A DNA stretch of 64,000 nucleotides from Naegleria gruberi (lineage: Eukaryota): the NCBI GenBank assembly GCA_000004985.1, contig GG738886.1; one strand, given 5' to 3'. The position numbers were made by a program, and so were the translations under genes. Of this stretch, positions 35,881-45,703 are shown piece after piece; position 1 is the first letter of the stretch, and the number at the start of each line of letters is the position of its first letter. Under the pieces are notes generated by a model. It was not told the origin of the DNA and did not search any database. It saw only the letters and a program-made list of their open reading frames with translations.

Positions 35881-36567
35881 TTAGAAGAAATGGAATTCAT
35901 CTTCATCATCGTACTTTATCTTCGTATCATAAGCAAAATGCATCGTGACTTCACCAGATTCAGTATCAAAAATAAAGGAAATGTTCTTCACTTGTAAAAG
36001 ATATTGGGTAACAATGTAGTTGTCCTCTATCTGGGTGGCACTAGTAATGACTTGTTGACCCCAGTTATCAAATATATCCAATACAGGAAGATGAGATGTA
36101 AATCTATATCCAATACAAGGAACCTTATACTTAATGCCATGTCTTGTAACTGTTCTATCAGAGTGGAAAAAGGTAGCACCTAACATGCTTTGAAACATGA
36201 CTTGAAATACACCAAGTTCAACAGAGCCACATCCAACGTAACTTCTTTTATCAATACCTCCCAACTTCAGCAATCTATTGATTTTCACTCGAGCACAATT
36301 AGCCAATACTTGGAATGATCTGGCAGCAAAATCTTTCTCACTTTCGCATAAATCGTCATATGTGGTGGAAAGAGGTTGGATTCTTGGTAACCCGTGTTCC
36401 ATGATGATGTCTTTGAAGTCATATGAAGAAGTTTCCTCCTTTCGTTGTTGTTGGATTTGGAGGTCTACATGGTTGTTTGTTGGTGAAGTAATTGGCACAT
36501 CAAACATATCGATATCACCTTCATCCAAGATGGTCTCAGTGATATATACTTGTTGTTGTGTATTCAT
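35881..36567 (-). CDS. Transposon-internal 228-aa hypothetical protein (possible accessory/DNA-binding ORF)
   Basis: True ATG at 36567, 140 nt inside the right TIR. It ends 68 nt before the transposase ATG. No family recognised (ARVKINRLLKLGGIDKRSYVGCGSVELGVFQ...). Confidence 0.45.
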   Translation of the reverse strand: MNTQQQVYITETILDEGDIDMFDVPITSPTNNHVDLQIQQQRKEETSSYDFKDIIMEHGLPRIQPLSTTYDDLCESEKDFAARSFQVLANCARVKINRLLKLGGIDKRSYVGCGSVELGVFQVMFQSMLGATFFHSDRTVTRHGIKYKVPCIGYRFTSHLPVLDIFDNWGQQVITSATQIEDNYIVTQYLLQVKNISFIFDTESGEVTMHFAYDTKIKYDDEDEFHFF

Positions 36568-36706
36568 TGTGTTTGTTGGTTTTTTTGTTGTTGTTGTTGG
36601 TAGGAGAGAGTGATAGGGTCGTTCATTTTATAGTCTTTTTTTTTGTAAGAAAAATCATCATTTTCTACCAGGCTTAGCTTGGCCAGGGCATTTTTAGCTT
36701 TGATGT

Positions 36707-36718
36707 AAATTTCTAGTG
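36707..36718. repeat. Right terminal inverted repeat AAATTTCTAGTG
   Basis: Exact reverse complement of 31817..31828. Confidence 0.75.
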
Positions 36719-37083
36719 ATTCATAATTTTGAACATTGAAAAGAGTTTATTATGTTGATAATTGCTCTGAATCCACTTACCTCTGAGGTGACATCTTACA
36801 TTGGAGCAAATTCTGCTGCGCTAGTTGAAAGAAGATGGAAGAAGCAGTTGCTACTGAAATAATGGAAAGAAATATTATTAAGGAATTGTTAATAATAGAT
36901 GAGGTTAACATCAACCATTCGAATACATAACATGAATTGCAAATAGAAGACAAATGGCTTCTAGGAGCACATAGAGAGAGCACTCCATAACATTTTAGGT
37001 TTTGAAAATTAAAGTTCAACATTGTTCGATTCTAATTAAAAAGTTGCAAACAATTTTACCTTTCAAATTATTCATAAAAAAAA

Positions 37084-37994
37084 ATGGGCAATAAACAATC
37101 TAACCATCATCATCACCAACAACAACAACAGTCTTCTTCCACGAGCACCTTCACACCAACAACTATTCCGGTTTCTAATGAAGAGGCCTACAGAAGAGAA
37201 ATGGAAATTTGTAGACAATACGAAATTGAAAGTAAGATGAGAGAAATGCATGAAGCCAAGTTTCATCAATATTCGGAAAATAAGGAGCCAGCATTGCAAA
37301 ATCTTCAATTGGTATTAATAATTGATCACTCTGGATCAATGGGTTCTTTTGGTAGGTTTTTTTTGTGAAATAATTTTTATTCTAATTGGAAACTGAACAA
37401 GATGAGGATGCAACAGGTCAAAATCGTTCCAAGGGCTTGGTTGATTCTAATCATTGGACACGTTATGATAATGTTATTCAAGCAGCTAAATATCTTTCTG
37501 AAAGTATATTTCAATATGATAAGGATGGAAAGGTACCACTTATTTTCTTTGATTCAAATGTTAGAGAAGTGATTGTTGACAGTATTCCAAGATTAGTTGC
37601 TGCATTTGAAAAAAATCAACCAAATTCAAGTACCAATTTATTAGGAGCTCTTGAATTAGCATTTAAAAATCATGTTAATGATCATGAAAATGTATTATTT
37701 ATTGTTTTCACAGATGGTAGTCCTAACGGAGGTCAAGAACCAAAAATCAAACAATTAATTCAAGACAAGTTGACCAAACCAGATCCTAATGGAAACAGAT
37801 TGAATATTTTATTTATTCGTCATGGTGATGATATCTCTGCAATTAATTTTTTGAAACATTTGGATGATTGTGAGGCAATTGGAAATAATGTTGACACCAA
37901 GTCAGATAATGCTATTTATGCTCTTGGACCAAAGAATTTAATTCTCAATTCTATATTTGAACATATGGATGCTGAATTTTTACAATATGTTTAA
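37084..37994 (+). CDS. von Willebrand factor A (vWA) domain protein with an N-terminal MGNKQS (N-myristoylation-type) start and a His/Gln-rich linker. Exons are 37084..37351 and 37402..37994, with a 50-nt intron.
   Basis: MIDAS motif LVLIIDHSGSMGS. Conserved IVFTDGSPNGG. Intron gtaggt...tctaattgg...caag with a CTAAT branch. The phase-1 junction gives ...MGSF-D-EDATGQ... Confidence 0.8.
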
Positions 37995-38375
37995 AATAAA
38001 TTGATTACTTTCATGTTTTAACTAAGAATCTGAAAATTGAATAGCAACAATAAAAAATGATATAAACAGTTTCGAATAGATTTCCAATATTAGTGATCGA
38101 CCTTTACAATGATAAAAATACACAGGTCGTACCTTAACCTAGTCGTACCACTTGTCTCTTTGTAAACTCTCATCCAATATTCTGCTTCTTACTGATTTAC
38201 TAAACAAGACACAATACCACATTAATCCCATAATTGAAAATGGAACTCTATTTTCTCTGCTCCTCAAATTCATTTCCATTTCTTCAATTATTATTTATAA
38301 TTCAAGAAAAAAAAGTTTTTATATTCACTACTAACCCACAGAGAAAGGTTTTAAATTTCCAATTGTTTTTTATTG

Positions 38376-38810
38376 AGTGTGTTGATGTCGAGATATGCTT
38401 TAAAGCCACCTGAAGGTGATTTTTCCTATAATAATAATATTAATCATCATCAACAAGTTCCTACACAAGGTGTTGCTGTAGCCTATGATCAACAACAATT
38501 TCCTTCCAATACAACCATGATGATGATGGCACACCAATATAATAATAATAATAATTACATGATGAATGCTTCTAATAATAATAGCATGGTAATTCAACCT
38601 CCTCCTCCATCTCAAGCCTATGTTCCTCAACAAGAACCCTACATTCCATCACATTATATTGTTGATGGTGTTTATGGTACTGGTGCTGGAGGCTCGGGTG
38701 GTGCTAATACTGCTACAATTATTCAATACTCCTATGATAATGGTAATAATAATGCTAAAGCTCATGATTGGAATACTAATCCTAATGGTGGTTGTTGTAC
38801 CATTTTGTAA
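38376..38810 (+). CDS. Small Asn/Gln/Pro-rich low-complexity protein ending in a CaaX prenylation box (GGCCTIL)
   Basis: ATG at 38376 (the track start at 38373 is TTG). C-terminal CTIL with an adjacent Cys. Poly-N/Q/M tracts. Confidence 0.5.
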   Translation, partial: SVLMSRYALKPPEGDFSYNNNINHHQQVPTQGVAVAYDQQQFPSNTTMMMMAHQYNNNNNYMMNASNNNSMVIQPPPPSQAYVPQQEPYIPSHYIVDGVYGTGAGGSGGANTATIIQYSYDNGNNNAKAHDWNTNPNGGCCTIL

Positions 38811-38855
38811 TTAAGAATTTAAATAATTAGTATTTAATTATTTAATAGAAAAAAA

Positions 38856-39941
38856 ATGAATCATCATGATGATCATCGGAATGGCAATTATTCAACATTT
38901 TCAGGAGAATATGAAGTGAAAAAGGTTGTTAGGGAGAATCATAAACAAGATATTACTTTTATGAAAAGACATCCTGTATTGGAGTGTTTATTCTTTACTG
39001 CTAGTTCTCAAGGAAGACAAATTAATTTATATAATAATGATCACGATGGACATTTGGATTTGGTTTCTTATTATTTACATGATGATGATATTGGAGGTGT
39101 TTGTTGGTTAAATCATAATTTGGTTGGATTTTATGATATGAAAGGGAAGATTTATCATGCCTCTATAACTTATTCGAGAGTGGAAAGAATTTATGAGCCA
39201 TTAATTGATAGTAACATTACAGAAAATTCAGATTATATTAACTATATGTGCTCATCATTTCAATATTATCCCAATAGTCCAAATTATTACTTATTCACAA
39301 TATTAAATGAAAGTAAGAATGTACAGGTTTGGGATATCAATACTGATAGTTGTATTTGTAATATGAAAACAGATGATAATGCTCTATTTCACTTTGGTAT
39401 GCCTATTGCCTATAACAAGTTCATTATTATACAATCCAACGGAAGAGTTTTACTATTAAGTATTGAACAAGCTAATGTTACTATTGAACCAATTCTACTT
39501 TCCAATGATAATGAATTATATGATGCTATATTAGATAATGATGTGAAAGAAATTCATTTAATCCAACAAACTAACAAGGAAACAAATTTACTTATTCAAA
39601 CATCTTCATCCTTCATTCTATGCAATATTACATCTGAATATTCCAAGCTCACTCTCAAAACGATATCACATTTAGACTATTCATGTGAATGGGAGATTGA
39701 TATTGCTAAATTGGAAAATAACAAATTTACAATATTAATACCAAGTATCAAAGATATCAAACTAATTGAATTTAATACGAGACGCTTTGAGGAAAAACAC
39801 AAACTCAAACATAACAAGAAAGGTACAACTAATATCACTCATTCTCTTAATTTCAAGAATGGTTCCATAATAATTGCCATTAATAATTCCGATTCCAGCA
39901 TATTGAGGTTTGAAAGAATTGAAAATAATTCGGAACCATAA
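38856..39941 (+). CDS. Hypothetical 361-aa protein, possibly WD40/beta-propeller-like (VQVWDINTDSCICNMK)
   Basis: Clean ATG-initiated ORF with typical host codon usage. Weak WD-like repeats only. Confidence 0.5.
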   Translation: MNHHDDHRNGNYSTFSGEYEVKKVVRENHKQDITFMKRHPVLECLFFTASSQGRQINLYNNDHDGHLDLVSYYLHDDDIGGVCWLNHNLVGFYDMKGKIYHASITYSRVERIYEPLIDSNITENSDYINYMCSSFQYYPNSPNYYLFTILNESKNVQVWDINTDSCICNMKTDDNALFHFGMPIAYNKFIIIQSNGRVLLLSIEQANVTIEPILLSNDNELYDAILDNDVKEIHLIQQTNKETNLLIQTSSSFILCNITSEYSKLTLKTISHLDYSCEWEIDIAKLENNKFTILIPSIKDIKLIEFNTRRFEEKHKLKHNKKGTTNITHSLNFKNGSIIIAINNSDSSILRFERIENNSEP

Positions 39942-40187
39942 ATGAAGAAATAAATCTATCTTTACAAAGAGCTTTTTACATATTTTGACGAGAAGTAATG
40001 TACTGAAATACTGAGAATGATTGGCTTAGGATAACAGCATTCATTTATGAACAAGTCAGTTAGATATTATTTATCTTTGATTTCTTCCTTTTCAATTATT
40101 ATTTTAAGGTTTTTAATCTTCTGATTTCTTCTTCAAGTTCCATGATTCTCCTATTTTCTGCTTCAAGTTTCTTCGTTAATTCCTTAT

Positions 40188-41338
40188 TTAATTTTCGAGG
40201 TCATTATTTTCTTCAATTATTTGTGGAATATCTTTGAGGGGAGTAATTTCATTGTAACTTTCCATTTCCTTTTCAATTGATTCTATTGTTATTTTATCAG
40301 AGCCTTTAAGATAGAGAACAACTTTTGATATAATGGTCATGTGAGTGAAACAGTTCAATCTCTTTGAGGAATCTTTTTGAATCATGGTTATCAAACATTT
40401 AGTAAGAATATTATTCACTCCAAAAGATGGATCCACATATCGAACAATGGTTTTCTGAATTGCATGGTGTAATTTCTTCTCTCTTAATAAATCTGATAAA
40501 ACTGAATAGAAATAAAGTCCATAATAGTTAAAGTAGGAATAATTTCCATCATATTTACAAATAATATAAATATGATGGAAATTATTCCTACCGGTACAGG
40601 TATCTATTTATTACATTCCTGAATATTTGAATCTTCCAAAAAGTTTCTATCAAGTTTCAATGAACAATTTGTCAATAATTTCAATAAAATACAGCCCAAT
40701 GAGAATATATCACACTATGTTGAAATATTTCCAATATTATGTGCGAGCTTGTCACCATCCTTTAGTGATGCTTCTTCATAACTTTCGAATGAGACCTCAG
40801 GAGACATGTAATGATATTTTCCAACTGTCAAAGTTATGGAATTTCCACTTTTGACAACTTTTGCAATATCAAAATCAATAATTTTGTAATGATCTTTCAC
40901 CTTAACTATATTCTTTGGATCTAAATCTCTATGCAACACATTTTTATCTTCAAGTGATTTCACAGAAAACAATATTTTTGTATATAAATTCATTTTGATA
41001 AACATTCATATTTCTATCAATAATCTTGTACTGTCTCTTCTCCCATTTCCATAATTGAGTACATAACCATCTATGAGATTACAGTCATAACATTTGATTT
41101 TACCTTCAATATCATCTCTTTTAAGAAATTTAATTCTCTCCTGCGCAGAAATTTCATCTATTTTGTCAAATTTAACTTTAAATGCAACAAATTCATTCAA
41201 TATCTTACTGAAAGCTTTGAATGCAACCCCTTCTCCTCCGTGTCCCAGAAATAATTTCATATTGATTGTTAAAATACTTGTTGGAATAGTTTTGAAATTC
41301 TTTGAATATTTGAATGACTTTGGCAAGATCACCTCCAA
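40188..41338 (-). pseudogene. Protein kinase (TKL-like) pseudogene. The kinase domain is interrupted by in-frame TGA (41006..41008) and TAG (40715..40717) and later frame breaks. There is no initiator Met upstream of the Gly loop.
   Basis: G-loop FLGHGGEGVAF, VAFKV, HRDLDPKNIV, DFDIAK, YMSPEV, CDIFSLGCILLKLLT and C-terminal ILTKCLITMIQKDSSKRL are all present in order. They sit in one frame separated by stop codons (...LLIEI*MFIK..., ...NIST*CDIF...). Confidence 0.6.
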
Positions 41339-41556
41339 TTTTGTTTCTACAAGAACTTGCTTACGGTTTTTCTACATTTTGATTTTTTAATCCAACAAGA
41401 AATAAACAATAACACTAACCCAATCCATTTGTATTGATGCCATTTTTTTGATGTTTTTAATCTAGTCTAAGAAAGGCGATTGGTTGACCATTCCTGTAAT
41501 TAACTTAATCAGATGTTTTACAATAAACTATTGACTTTGAACAAAGAGATTATTAT

Positions 41557-43635
41557 TTATTCATCATCCTCAATATCTTCGATTTCTTCTTCTGTTTCTG
41601 TTGTCTTTTCAAGAGTTATCTTTTTCTTCTTTGGTTCAATATCACAACCAATAGATTTCAGTACAATTGAAACTTGATCGTATTTGATATGTCTAGAAAT
41701 TGTAATATTTCCCTTAAAACCAATGACAACAATGTTGTCATGAGAATCTTCATCTTCGTCTTTAATCTTAACTAAAACACCACCTGGTTCCATTTGTGAA
41801 ATTTTTTCAGCTTCTTCCTTTTGACCATTTTCTTCGAAAATCTTTGGTGAAACTTGAGGTTCAACTAAGAATTTGATAAAGTTTTCACGATTCAATTCAA
41901 TTTTTCTGTGTGAGTTAGTATTATCCCAGAGTAATGTTGCAGCTTCTTGTGTCATTCTATAACGACATCTCAAAAATTGAGCCTTATTTCTAGCAAAAAC
42001 TCTAATACCACAGTTGATAATGTTAAATTGTTGGCCATCATTCATGTTATGTTCAACAAATTTACGAACGGATGGAGAAATATACATAACTTTTCTGACA
42101 CTGTCAAGTTCTGTGGCACTGTCAGTAGTTCTAAGACAAAATTGTTCATTCTTGAAGTTATCTCTATTAACACCATAAAAATCAAGAATTTTTTCAAGTT
42201 TTTCTGGTTCCATAGATTGAATAGTATCCTTTTGAATACCTCTTCCCTTGAATTGTTTGATTGTTTCTTCAGTATTTTCATTATATTCAGAAATTGGTTC
42301 ATCCAAATCGGCAACCTTCTTAAAGTGAGCAATATAGAAACCACCAGTATTATTTTGATTTGGTAAAATTCTCATAGTGTAATGCATATTCATATCCTTA
42401 ACATCATCTTTAGCAAATTCACTTTCAGTAATTCTGTTATCAGAGTTATATTTACGGGCATATTCGAAAGATGGTAATAATTCTCCTTTCTTTGAAGTAA
42501 CAACCCAATTTGTCATACCTGGCTTGTACTTTAATGATGGGTATCTAGAAGATAAATCTTGTAAAACAAGCTTTCCCTTTGTTCTTCTAATAATTTCAGC
42601 AACTACAGCTTCATCTTCAATAGGATTTAATGTACATGTACTATATACAATTTCACCTCCAACATTTAACATATCAAAAGCTCTCAAAACACAATCAACT
42701 TGTAATTTGTGAAGACCATGACCCATATTTGCCTTCCATTGTCTCCAAACTTGTGGTGATTTTCTGATGGTACCATCTCCACTACACATGATATCACAGA
42801 GAACCTTATCAAATTTGAGTTTTGGTTCAGTAGTAAATTGTGGATACTTTGTAGCATCATGATTTGTAATCATCAAATGTGGGAATAAAAAGTTCAATCT
42901 TTGAAGTTGGTGAACTAATAAATAAGCTCTTTTAACATCATTATCATTGGCAATAACAAATCCCGAAATGTTCTTTGAATCTCCTCCACTACTTTGATAG
43001 AGTAATTCCACAAGTTGTGATGTTTTAGAACCTGGAGCAGCACACATATCAAGAACCTTATCAGATGGTTTCCAATTTGTAAACATCAATGGTGGTAACA
43101 TACTGACAACTTCTTGTCTACAGAAATTACCCTTTTCAGTTTCTCTCATTAAAAAATTTCTAAATTCAGAAAATTCTGGCTGTTTTCTTAATAAATTCTT
43201 TGTAACATGGTCATGCATTTGCCACACAAGATCATCAGGAATAAATGGAACAGGTTTTAAAGAGGCATATTCTGGTTCTGTTTCAACCTTTGATGGTTCA
43301 TGAAGATATTGAGAAACTGCACTGTCATCAATTCTGATTTTAGAAATAGCTTCAGCAAAATTCCTAATCTTTTGTTTTAATTTTTCTTGACTAGATTTTG
43401 GAATTGATTGATTAATTCTGAAAGAAATTGGTAAAGTTTTTCTAAAAGCATCCACCATATCCTTTAATTCCTCTTGTGAGTCAACAACTCTTTGTTGATC
43501 GAAATAATATTGTTCAAAAATTTTGTTTGTTTTTAAATCACCCTTTCTGGTCTTTTCCGGAACCCAAACATTCTTTGATTCTGTTGTTGTTGAAGATGAT
43601 GATGTTTCAGTAGTGGTAGTCGGTTGTTGGCTCAT
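41557..43635 (-). CDS. NSUN2: tRNA (cytosine-5)-methyltransferase NSUN2 / Trm4 (Ncl1), single exon, 692 aa
   Basis: SAM-MTase motifs DMCAAPGSKT, CDIMCSGDGT and the catalytic TC motif STCTLNPIEDEAVV. True ATG at 43635. Confidence 0.9.
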   Translation of the reverse strand: MSQQPTTTTETSSSSTTTESKNVWVPEKTRKGDLKTNKIFEQYYFDQQRVVDSQEELKDMVDAFRKTLPISFRINQSIPKSSQEKLKQKIRNFAEAISKIRIDDSAVSQYLHEPSKVETEPEYASLKPVPFIPDDLVWQMHDHVTKNLLRKQPEFSEFRNFLMRETEKGNFCRQEVVSMLPPLMFTNWKPSDKVLDMCAAPGSKTSQLVELLYQSSGGDSKNISGFVIANDNDVKRAYLLVHQLQRLNFLFPHLMITNHDATKYPQFTTEPKLKFDKVLCDIMCSGDGTIRKSPQVWRQWKANMGHGLHKLQVDCVLRAFDMLNVGGEIVYSTCTLNPIEDEAVVAEIIRRTKGKLVLQDLSSRYPSLKYKPGMTNWVVTSKKGELLPSFEYARKYNSDNRITESEFAKDDVKDMNMHYTMRILPNQNNTGGFYIAHFKKVADLDEPISEYNENTEETIKQFKGRGIQKDTIQSMEPEKLEKILDFYGVNRDNFKNEQFCLRTTDSATELDSVRKVMYISPSVRKFVEHNMNDGQQFNIINCGIRVFARNKAQFLRCRYRMTQEAATLLWDNTNSHRKIELNRENFIKFLVEPQVSPKIFEENGQKEEAEKISQMEPGGVLVKIKDEDEDSHDNIVVIGFKGNITISRHIKYDQVSIVLKSIGCDIEPKKKKITLEKTTETEEEIEDIEDDE

Positions 43636-44188
43636 TTTTTTTCTTCAAGTATCATTTTGAAATTGCACCATCTTCATCACACCTCTTCGGAACGAATAAT
43701 AACAATAATAAATAAATAAAATTCATCATCAAATAATAATCATGATGAAGAATTTAAAAAGAGAATGCCATGCAACCCTCGCCAGTAGTCTGAATTGTGT
43801 TACAGCCCAGTGAGCTGTGTTGTACATCTAACTAAACTTTTGCGGTGTCATCCCAGCCGTTTCAATTGAGAGTTTCCTCCCAAGCCCATTTCTGGTTCTG
43901 GGATATTAGCATTATTGATTTACCAACCTCACTTCTCGTGAGTAAACAACACCTCAGACCTTCCCAGGAGTTATGGTTAATGTGAGTGTTCTTACTTGTT
44001 TAAAGTAATCTCGTATGTATTCTCCTCAATACGTCCAAGCTCAAGATGCAAGCAGACCCCGAAGATTAAATGTAATTTGCATCCTTGTGAAAGATTGGAT
44101 ATTTTTTAGGAGGTAAGATTTATGGTTTCAAAAAAGAGTTTTCTATATTTTACATAATTCAATTTCACTCAACTATTATTCAAGTTAA

Positions 44189-45101
44189 TTACCAGACATT
44201 CTCACCAGATAGATCGAGTGTGATTGGCTTGTCAAAAACTTCGAGGAAATCTGATAATTGGAAACAATGTTCACATTCGTTTGATATTTCTTTAAGGAGA
44301 GATTCTCTTGGAATAATCTGAGGAAAATCTTGATTAAGACTGTCAAGGAAAAGTGACATTTGTCTGATACCAAGACCCATTACCTTCTTACCAAGAGTCA
44401 CTAATTGTGTGACCATTTCCTGTATTTTAAAAATCCAAATTAATCCTGCTTTTTCTTCTTCCTTTGAGAGTGGATTTCCATTTGTAAAATCATCGTCATC
44501 GGTTTCAGCTGGATGGCCTGTTGGTATATCTCTACAGGTCCATCTAGGGAAACTCAGTGAACCTGAATCATCAGTGTACAGTAATATTTTGACAGATAAT
44601 ATTTTGTAATCAAATTCCTTCAAAAATTCATCATCCTTCTTTGCTCTGTGTAGAACCCTCAGAAAATCCAAGGTGCAATCCTTTGTTCCTTCCAAGAAAT
44701 GTACATAATATTCCTGTCCTTCAAATAATATTCCGTAAAAATCGTCTTCCTTACGTCCAGTTTTATGAAATAAAGCCATATGATATTCTATCATTAATTA
44801 ATCATCCCTATTATCCAGGTTCCCAAAACTTACGTTCGGTAAGACTTCCATTTGTTGTATCTTCTTGATGTTTCTTTGCTACATACAACAATCTGGAATG
44901 TGTCTTTTGGTCCTGTAAATTATTGTGTCTTGCCATAATAACATCCAACAATGAGGATCTTGCTGTTTGAGCAACCTCACTCATCGTTTCCTTTTGGTTG
45001 GCACTTGTTGAAATATTATTTGCGTTGTTTTTTGTTGGCACTGGAGTGGCCTTTCCTATCGATGGGCTTATATTGATGAGACTACTGTTATTGCTGTTCA
45101 T
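44189..45101 (-). CDS. Two-exon gene (44834..45101 and 44189..44787, 46-nt intron gtaagt...gatag) encoding a protein with a candidate BLUF-like sensor domain (Gln to His variant) and about 150 aa of unknown C-terminal sequence
   Basis: Spliced product ...HSRLLYVAKKHQEDTTNGSLTEQYHMALFHKTGRKEDDFYGILFEGQEYYVHFLEGTKDCTLDFLRVLHRAKKDDEF...SFPRWTCRD. It matches BLUF spacing: RLIYSS; GITGLL; FLQVLEG (Q replaced by H); RIVQDERH; FEVWSMQ (Trp conserved). Confidence 0.55.
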
Positions 45102-45645
45102 TTCCAGAAAGTGTGGGTGATAAAGTGGTCTCTTTTTTTTTAAAGTTTTATTTGAATTTGTTTTCTGTAGTAAAATTGGGCGGGAATTGTCTAAACTTCA
45201 ATATTAAATACAATAGTCAATAGGAAAGAAAAATTCTTATTGGAAAGTATTAACCAAATAACAGTCCATAGATTAGAGGATGTCATCTCATTATTTGGAC
45301 TTTTCATTTGTTAAGGCAAGAAAACCGTTAAATTGGCAAGTAAAATTCCCAATATTTAACAGTCAACTCAATATTATTATGAATTTACCTTGTTGTGTGC
45401 ATTAGAAATAAAGAATATTCCTTTTTTGTATTTTTGATGGGATGTCGGATTTTTAATAGTGTTGAATTGCCGTTTTTCTGATGATGAATTCAGCCTTTGA
45501 GTATTTTGTAAACGAGCTGTCAATGGTCAATCAGATTTTATTAATAATTTATTGGGAAGCAACCAATAGAATTGATGAAAGTTGGACGTTACAATGGTTT
45601 CATCTTGTCAGACAGCGCGTCAACAATTTTTTTGTTGACTGACAG

Positions 45646-45653
45646 TATAAATA
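45646..45653 (+). promoter_or_regulatory. TATA box (tataaata) 50 nt upstream of the 45704 gene
   Basis: Canonical TATAAATA in an otherwise mixed-composition promoter, with CCAAT-like boxes upstream (about 45560-45590). Confidence 0.4.
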
Positions 45654-45703
45654 GTTGAGAAGAAAAACTCAACACAAACATTCTCAAAAAAAACAATCCA
45701 ACA

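Larger units (their letters stand above)
31817..36718 (-). mobile_element. CACTA-like (En/Spm / Plavaka-type) DNA transposon, 4,902 bp, carrying three same-strand ORFs: a 228-aa ORF, a 940-aa TNP2-like transposase and a 2OG-Fe(II) dioxygenase
   Basis: Perfect 12-bp terminal inverted repeat CACTAGAAATTT (31817..31828) / AAATTTCTAGTG (36707..36718) starting with the CACTA hallmark. A 17-bp subterminal inverted repeat GTAGAAAATGATGATTT sits at 31832..31848 / 36652..36668. The subterminal direct motif TTTAGCTTTG occurs near both ends. Internal ORFs are separated by only 68 and about 150 nt. The transposase has a Transposase_21-like D.KALGEV.PG....SWCPFC signature and atypical codon usage. Confidence 0.7.

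Noticed and set aside
36680-36700. ccaggcttagcttggccagg as a palindromic hairpin at the transposon end
   Set aside because: On checking, it is not a true reverse-complement palindrome. The genuine terminal structure is the 12-bp TIR plus the 17-bp subterminal inverted repeat.
36770-36790. ccacttacctctg resembling the U1 snRNA 5' end (ACTTACCTG)
   Set aside because: Only a 9-nt resemblance. There is no Sm site or stem-loop context, so it is most likely chance.
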